Position numbers and translations under genes: made by a program. Below the pieces are notes generated by a model that saw nothing but the letters and a program-made list of their open reading frames with translations, was not told the origin of the DNA and searched no databases. A stretch of DNA of 18,768 bases from Candidatus Aenigmatarchaeota archaeon (GTDB lineage Archaea > Aenigmatarchaeota > Aenigmatarchaeia > Aenigmatarchaeales > JACQIB01): contig JAWABM010000014.1 in NCBI GenBank assembly GCA_038999215.1, positions 1 to 18,768 on the forward strand, in the 5' to 3' direction. Shown one piece after another: positions 13,897 through 18,768 of this stretch. Within the stretch, counting starts at the first letter, position 1. The number at the start of each line of letters is the position of its first letter.

Positions 13897-15201
13897 ATGG
13901 CGCGACTTAAAAGGCAAGTGACGCTCTGGGAGGCCGTGATGTACGGCCTGTGCGTCATAGTTGGCGCCGGAATATACGCACTGGTCGGCGTTGCGGCGGG
14001 CGAGGCCGGCAACGGGGTGTGGCTTTCGTTCCTTTTTGCGGCCCTGATAGCAGGTTGTACGGGGCTGAGCTATGCCGAGCTCTCTTCGAAGATGCCGCAC
14101 GACGCGGCCGAGTTCGAGTACACGGAAAGGGCCTTCCGCAGCCGAAGGCTGGCTTTCGGGATAACCTGGCTCAAGATGGCCGGGGCAATAATAGCAATGG
14201 CGACGGTGAGCCTGGGTTTCGCAGGGTACTTCTCGAAGCTCTTCGGGCTGCCGCCGCTCTTCGGAGCTCTGCTGATAGTCGGATTGTCGACGCTCCTCAA
14301 CGCGCTGGGCGCAAAAAACACGATGAGAGCCAGCGCCTTCTTCGTCGCCATCACCATCACAGGACTGCTCGTGGTGGTGCTCAGCGGGATTCCGCGCACG
14401 GGCTCAGTGGACTACTTCGACCTCAGCTTCGGCTGGGGAGGCGTTTTCTCCGCAGCGGCCCTGATATTCTTCGCGTTCCTAGGGTTCGAGAACATAGCGG
14501 ACCTCGGAGAAGAGATAAAGAACCCCAGGAAAATGCTGCCGCTGGCGCTGCTGCTTTCCATATTGATATCGACGGTGATATACGTCGCGGTATCGTTCAT
14601 TTCAATAAGCGTGGTACCATGGCAGGAGCTCGCCGCCTCCGCTTCGCCGCTCAGCCTTGTGGCCGAAGCAACACTCGGAGGATACGGCTCCATCCTACTG
14701 ACAATAATAGCCCTGTTCGCGACAGGAAGCACGATATTCGGAATAATGTTCGCGTATTCCAGGCTGCTCTTCGGCATGGCGGAGGACCACTGCCTGCCGA
14801 AGTCCTTCATGAGGCTCTCCAGGAAGGGAGTACCCTACATATCCGTGCTGACAATAGGCGCGGTCACGGGTTTGATGGTGCTCGTTCAGGACATAAGGTT
14901 CGTGGCCATGGTGGCGGATTTCAGCGCCCTCTTCGTGTTCATGGCAATAAACGTCGCGCTCATAGCGCTGAGGTACGAGAAGGACCATCTGCACGGCGAG
15001 TTCAATGTGCCGCTGAACATAGGAAGGTTCCCTGTGCTTCCAGCGCTCGGAGCCGTGTTCTGCCTCTTCATGCTGACGAAGCTCGGCGCGCTGCAGGCCG
15101 TGCTTAGCCTGCTGGCGCTGCTGGCAGGAATACTGGTTTACATGTTCGGGTTCGAGAAAAAGGTGTGCAAGACTAGAATCTCTTCTTACCGACAACCTTG
15201 A
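13897..15201 (+). CDS. APC-family amino acid/polyamine permease
   Basis: IVGAGIY, SYAELSS, FFAFLGFENIADLGEEIKNP and SRLLFGMA motifs, about 12 TM segments. Confidence 0.92.
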   Translation: MARLKRQVTLWEAVMYGLCVIVGAGIYALVGVAAGEAGNGVWLSFLFAALIAGCTGLSYAELSSKMPHDAAEFEYTERAFRSRRLAFGITWLKMAGAIIAMATVSLGFAGYFSKLFGLPPLFGALLIVGLSTLLNALGAKNTMRASAFFVAITITGLLVVVLSGIPRTGSVDYFDLSFGWGGVFSAAALIFFAFLGFENIADLGEEIKNPRKMLPLALLLSILISTVIYVAVSFISISVVPWQELAASASPLSLVAEATLGGYGSILLTIIALFATGSTIFGIMFAYSRLLFGMAEDHCLPKSFMRLSRKGVPYISVLTIGAVTGLMVLVQDIRFVAMVADFSALFVFMAINVALIALRYEKDHLHGEFNVPLNIGRFPVLPALGAVFCLFMLTKLGALQAVLSLLALLAGILVYMFGFEKKVCKTRISSYRQP

Positions 15202-15364
15202 CGATGTAGCCGGCGACCTTGTTGCGCATGAACTTCTCGTCCATGATGTTTATGTCTTTCAGCGCCTGCACGTTGGCCTTGAAGTCAGTCCCGAACTTGT
15301 CAGGATTCTTGGCCACGAGCTGCTTCGCCAGACCCTTGACGAACTTCGTCCTTATCCTTCCCAT
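15173..15364 (-). CDS. rps17e: 30S ribosomal protein S17e
   Basis: MGRIRTKFVK...FGTDFKAN...KFMRNKVAGYIV, 63 aa from ATG 15364. This is the C-terminal part of the 243-aa ORF-track entry. Confidence 0.95.
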   Translation of the reverse strand: MGRIRTKFVKGLAKQLVAKNPDKFGTDFKANVQALKDINIMDEKFMRNKVAGYIVKVVGKKRF

Positions 15365-15427
15365 GTTCACAACCTTTATCTCTTGTAATAATATAACAAA
15401 TATATAGTTATCGGCGAGAGTGTGTTT

Positions 15428-16417
15428 ATGGCAACAGAAATAGGGGCGTGCCTTCTCGGCGCGTTCGCCTTGGAGAACGGCAAGGTAAGGGAAGCCGCGC
15501 TTTTCGAAAGGGACCCCAAGGCAGTCGCGGAAAGGATGAGGGACCACCTTGCGGGCCGGAACATCCCGGAAGTGGAGCGGCTGATGGCAAAGACCGGCGG
15601 GGCAAGGACTGCCGAAGCGGACTGTTTCCTGAGGGAGAACATGAGAAGGATAGCGCTCGAAAAAGGGCTCAGCCAGGAGGAGCTCAACAAGTTCATAGTT
15701 TCCGTATTCACAGAGGCTTCGAAGATGAGGATGACATCTTCCGAGAGAAGGGACAAACTGATAATACAGGCCGTCTCGGCGCTCAGCGACTTGGACAAGA
15801 TACTCAACCTGATGAGCGAGAGGCTCAGGGAATGGTTCGGGCTGCATTATCCCGAACTCAATGTGAGCGAGCACGAGTCCTTTGCGAAGAAGGTGGCCCA
15901 GCACGGCAGCAGGGAGGCCATGGAAGGGTTCACGGAGAGCATGGGCATAGAGTTCAAAGAGAAGGACAAGGCGATAATCAAGGCATATGCCGACGAGCTC
16001 GTGAGGACGTACGGCCTGAAGAAGGCGCTCGAAGACTACCTCAGCAAGGCGGTGCCGGAGGAGATGCCGAACACGAACGCGCTGCTTGGCAGCGTGCTGG
16101 CGGCGAAAGTATTGGCGCTGGCGGGCGGAATAGAGAGGCTGGCTAAGATGCCGTCATCGACCTTGCAGCTGCTCGGCGCGGAGAAGGCGCTGTTCAAGTT
16201 CCTGAAGGAAAAGAAGAAGGGCAAGCCGCCGAAGTTCGGAATACTCTTCACGCACCCGGACATCTCGACCGCGCCCAAGGAGCAGCAGGGCAAGATAGCA
16301 AGGATGCTCTCCTCGAAGGTGACGATAGCGGTCAGAACCGATTTCTATTCGAAGGAGGACAGGTCCAAGGAGATGCTGGAGGACTACAAGGCAAAGATAG
16401 CGGGGCTGAGAAAATGA
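15428..16417 (+). CDS. nop5: box C/D sRNP protein Nop5 (Nop56/58 homolog)
   Basis: DKLIIQAV, ERLREWFGLHYPEL, LAKMPSSTLQLLGAEKALF and PPKFGILFTHP motifs. Overlaps the fibrillarin start. Confidence 0.95.
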   Translation: MATEIGACLLGAFALENGKVREAALFERDPKAVAERMRDHLAGRNIPEVERLMAKTGGARTAEADCFLRENMRRIALEKGLSQEELNKFIVSVFTEASKMRMTSSERRDKLIIQAVSALSDLDKILNLMSERLREWFGLHYPELNVSEHESFAKKVAQHGSREAMEGFTESMGIEFKEKDKAIIKAYADELVRTYGLKKALEDYLSKAVPEEMPNTNALLGSVLAAKVLALAGGIERLAKMPSSTLQLLGAEKALFKFLKEKKKGKPPKFGILFTHPDISTAPKEQQGKIARMLSSKVTIAVRTDFYSKEDRSKEMLEDYKAKIAGLRK

Positions 16418-17064
16418 GCATAAACGAAAAGTTCCCGGGCGTGTTCCTGGTCGACGGGAAGGTGGCTACAAAGGCGACGTTCAAGGAATGGAGGCCCTTT
16501 GACGAGGCAATCATTAGCGGCTACAGGCTCTGGGACCCGAACAGGTCCAAGGCGTCTGCGGCTATAGCCAAGGGCATAAGCACCTTCCCGCTGAAAAGGG
16601 GAGACAAGATACTCTATCTCGGGGCAGCGCACGGGTTCACTGTAAGCTATCTTTCCGACATAATAGGGAAGGAAGGCATCATTTATGCAGTGGAGTTCTC
16701 GGACAGGTGCTTCAAGGAGCTCATGCAGATAACGGCGAAGTACGGCAACATAGCGCCAATACTCTCGGATGCGAGGCTGTTCGAGAACTACGGCTGGGTC
16801 GAAAAAGTCGACGCCGTGTACTGCGACATAGCGGATCCGCAGCAGACCGAGACTGCGATAAGGAACTGCCGGGAGTTCCTGAAGAAGGACGGATACCTCC
16901 TGCTGGCGATAAAGTCCAGGAGCATCGACGTGACAGCCAGCCCGAAGCAGACGGTCCTCAGCGAGATAGATAAGCTGAAGGCGGCCGGGTTCAAGGTGTT
17001 CGACTGGAAGATGCTCGACCCGTTCGAGAAGGACCACGGCTTCGTCGTCGCGATGATGAAGTGA
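16414..17064 (+). CDS. flpA: fibrillarin-like rRNA/tRNA 2'-O-methyltransferase
   Basis: YRLWDPNRSK, ILYLGAAHGFTVSYLSDI, YAVEFS, IKSRSIDVT and LDPFEKDH motifs. Confidence 0.96.
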   Translation: MSINEKFPGVFLVDGKVATKATFKEWRPFDEAIISGYRLWDPNRSKASAAIAKGISTFPLKRGDKILYLGAAHGFTVSYLSDIIGKEGIIYAVEFSDRCFKELMQITAKYGNIAPILSDARLFENYGWVEKVDAVYCDIADPQQTETAIRNCREFLKKDGYLLLAIKSRSIDVTASPKQTVLSEIDKLKAAGFKVFDWKMLDPFEKDHGFVVAMMK

Positions 17065-18000
17065 TCATTTCTTCAGCAGCTTCTCAAGCCGCGCCCTGAA
17101 CAGGCCGAAATCGGTGACAGTGCCGCCGGCCGCAGCAGGATGGCCGCCCGCCCTGCCGATTCCTTTCGCGGCCTTGCCGACAAGCTCGGCCATGTTGTAG
17201 GTCTTGCTCCTGGTGCTGACCTTGTAGATGTCGCCGTCCTTTGAATAGACTATTATCGTTTTCTTCGGATACATGTCAAGGAGCTTTGACGACAATATTG
17301 CCAGCATGCTGTATCTGCTCCTGAGCTCGAAGAAGCACACTTCGCCCGAGCACGTCAGCTCAAAGAGCGCAATCTGCTTCTCCAGCTCATCATTGAGCAT
17401 CTCATTGAGCCTGACATATTTGTCGTTCTTAAGGAACTCGTCCAAGGTCCTGCATGCGCTGAGATACTTGGCAAGGGTCACTAGGCCGGGGTCCTTCCTT
17501 ATTGCCTTGACAGAATTGATCATGCAGGAGGCCTCCTTTTCTTTTTTGCTCCCTTCGAGGGCCCTGTCTCCTACAGCCCCGACCTTCGCGAGCCAGGCGA
17601 ACCCCCTCAATCCGGCCTTCCTGCAGACATCATAGGTCACCAGGGATGCGGAGGTGTAGAGGTCGGGCTTTTCGAAGCGCGGATTGACATGTATGAAACC
17701 CATCTTGTTAAGGTCGTTCCTTATCATATGATGGTCCATTATGAGCACTTTCCTGCCCTTCAGATGGCCAAGCCACTCAGGATAATTGTCAACCGCCAGA
17801 TCGACAATTATGACATTTTCGGCCCTACCAACGCTTCCGAGGGTCTCCTCCTCCACATCGCCGGCGGAAGGCACGGCCTTCACGCCCCTTTGCCTGAGAA
17901 AGGCAAGAACGATGGCGGCAGAGCAGCAGCCGTCGCAATCGGAATGGAAAATGACCCTCACATCGCCATCTATTCCCTTGAGGAAGTCCACAGCGTTCAT
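17065..18000 (-). CDS. DHH/DHHA1 phosphoesterase (RecJ-like)
   Basis: HSDCDG, IIVDL, MDHH, GAVGD and C-terminal GGHPAAAG motifs. Confidence 0.88.
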   Translation of the reverse strand: MNAVDFLKGIDGDVRVIFHSDCDGCCSAAIVLAFLRQRGVKAVPSAGDVEEETLGSVGRAENVIIVDLAVDNYPEWLGHLKGRKVLIMDHHMIRNDLNKMGFIHVNPRFEKPDLYTSASLVTYDVCRKAGLRGFAWLAKVGAVGDRALEGSKKEKEASCMINSVKAIRKDPGLVTLAKYLSACRTLDEFLKNDKYVRLNEMLNDELEKQIALFELTCSGEVCFFELRSRYSMLAILSSKLLDMYPKKTIIVYSKDGDIYKVSTRSKTYNMAELVGKAAKGIGRAGGHPAAAGGTVTDFGLFRARLEKLLKK

Positions 18001-18647
18001 TTCCTTTCACTTTCCGCCTGCGGGTTCAGAAGAAACTGCAGCTGCTGCAGGTTCAGGGACGGATGGAGCACGCTCGATTCGAACTGGGCGTCAAGGTTGT
18101 CGGCCTGAACAAGCAGCCAGGCCTCTATGGTCTTCGGGCTCGCGCTCGCAGCGCCCATGTCGCCTCCGTGCGAGGCCACCATGTGGACGACTTCCTCAGG
18201 GAAGCCGTGCTCGTGCAGCAGGTTCGCGGAAAGCACGGCGTGATCAATCATGAGCCCGGAAAAATCCCATTTCATGCCGAGTTTCTGCTTTTCCTTGTCA
18301 GCCTTCTTGATAATGAACACCTTGCCTATGTCGTGCAGAAGCGCGCCGGCGATAAGATGGTCGTAGTTTACCCCGCCCTTGGCCGCCTTCCCCATCTCCC
18401 TTCCGTAGACCTTCTCAAAGGACTTGGCCATGCTGAGGCAGAGCTCCGTGACGCCGACGGTGTGGTCAACAAAGCCGCCATCATAATCGTGATGGGCTCC
18501 GACCCAGACAGGCATCTTCGAGAGCTCCGAAGGACCGTAACCTTTCAGCGTAGGGCTCTTGCTTTCTGGATTTTTCAGCAGCTTCAGGGTCCTTTCCCTG
18601 AGGTCCTTGTCCCTTATCATCTCGGCAAGCTCAAACAACCTTTTCAT
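17997..18647 (-). CDS. HD-domain phosphohydrolase (YhaM-like HD domain)
   Basis: HHDYDGGFVDHT, ALLHDIGK, DH, SHGG and QADNLDA motifs. Confidence 0.85.
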   Translation of the reverse strand: MKRLFELAEMIRDKDLRERTLKLLKNPESKSPTLKGYGPSELSKMPVWVGAHHDYDGGFVDHTVGVTELCLSMAKSFEKVYGREMGKAAKGGVNYDHLIAGALLHDIGKVFIIKKADKEKQKLGMKWDFSGLMIDHAVLSANLLHEHGFPEEVVHMVASHGGDMGAASASPKTIEAWLLVQADNLDAQFESSVLHPSLNLQQLQFLLNPQAESERK

Positions 18648-18768
18648 GAATTGACACCAAACTCGTACTTTTCGCTCTCGAACTCGAACTCGAACAGCTT
18701 GCCTCCGAGCTTTCCGAAGGAAATCGCGCTGTTGGTCGACTCTTTTATTATTTCTTTCATGCTCTTAA
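18644..18768 (-). CDS. C-terminal fragment of an upstream gene (unknown product)
   Basis: Open frame ...KSMKEIIKESTNSAISFGKLGGKLFEFEFESEKYEFGVNS* with its TGA overlapping the HD gene ATG (ATGA coupling). Confidence 0.6.
   Translation of the reverse strand, partial: KSMKEIIKESTNSAISFGKLGGKLFEFEFESEKYEFGVNS

Noticed and set aside
13950..15107. Long alternative-frame ORFs (also 6815..7735, 9383..10138, 4066..5034, 11364..12128)
   Set aside because: Shadows of well-supported genes, expected from GC-rich third codon positions. No recognisable motifs.
15365..15904. Long N-terminal extension of S17e (243-aa ORF)
   Set aside because: Antisense to nop5. S17e homology starts at MGRIRTK (15364).

Overview
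Archaeal chromosomal window (Nop5, fibrillarin, S17e, a short histone, and tRNAs with bulge-helix-bulge introns; a DPANN-type lineage is my inference). An ~8 kb island appears integrated at the 3' end of tRNA-Glu, bounded by an 11-bp direct repeat at 2917-2927 and 10964-10974. It carries a tyrosine integrase, a diversity-generating retroelement (DGR: target gene with VR, template repeat, RT) and an ArsR-controlled arsenic/thiol-redox operon. Main finding: the DGR template repeat (5295-5466) is not colinear with the variable repeat (4850-4940). It is split by three insertions of 17, 31 and 33 nt, each folding into an archaeal bulge-helix-bulge (BHB or relaxed BHL) splice motif. Cutting each at the canonical tRNA-splicing-endonuclease positions restores a 91-nt TR that matches the VR except at 9 positions, all TR adenines. 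This suggests a DGR whose template RNA must be spliced by the host tRNA-splicing machinery before mutagenic retrohoming. All alignments and folds were done by eye.
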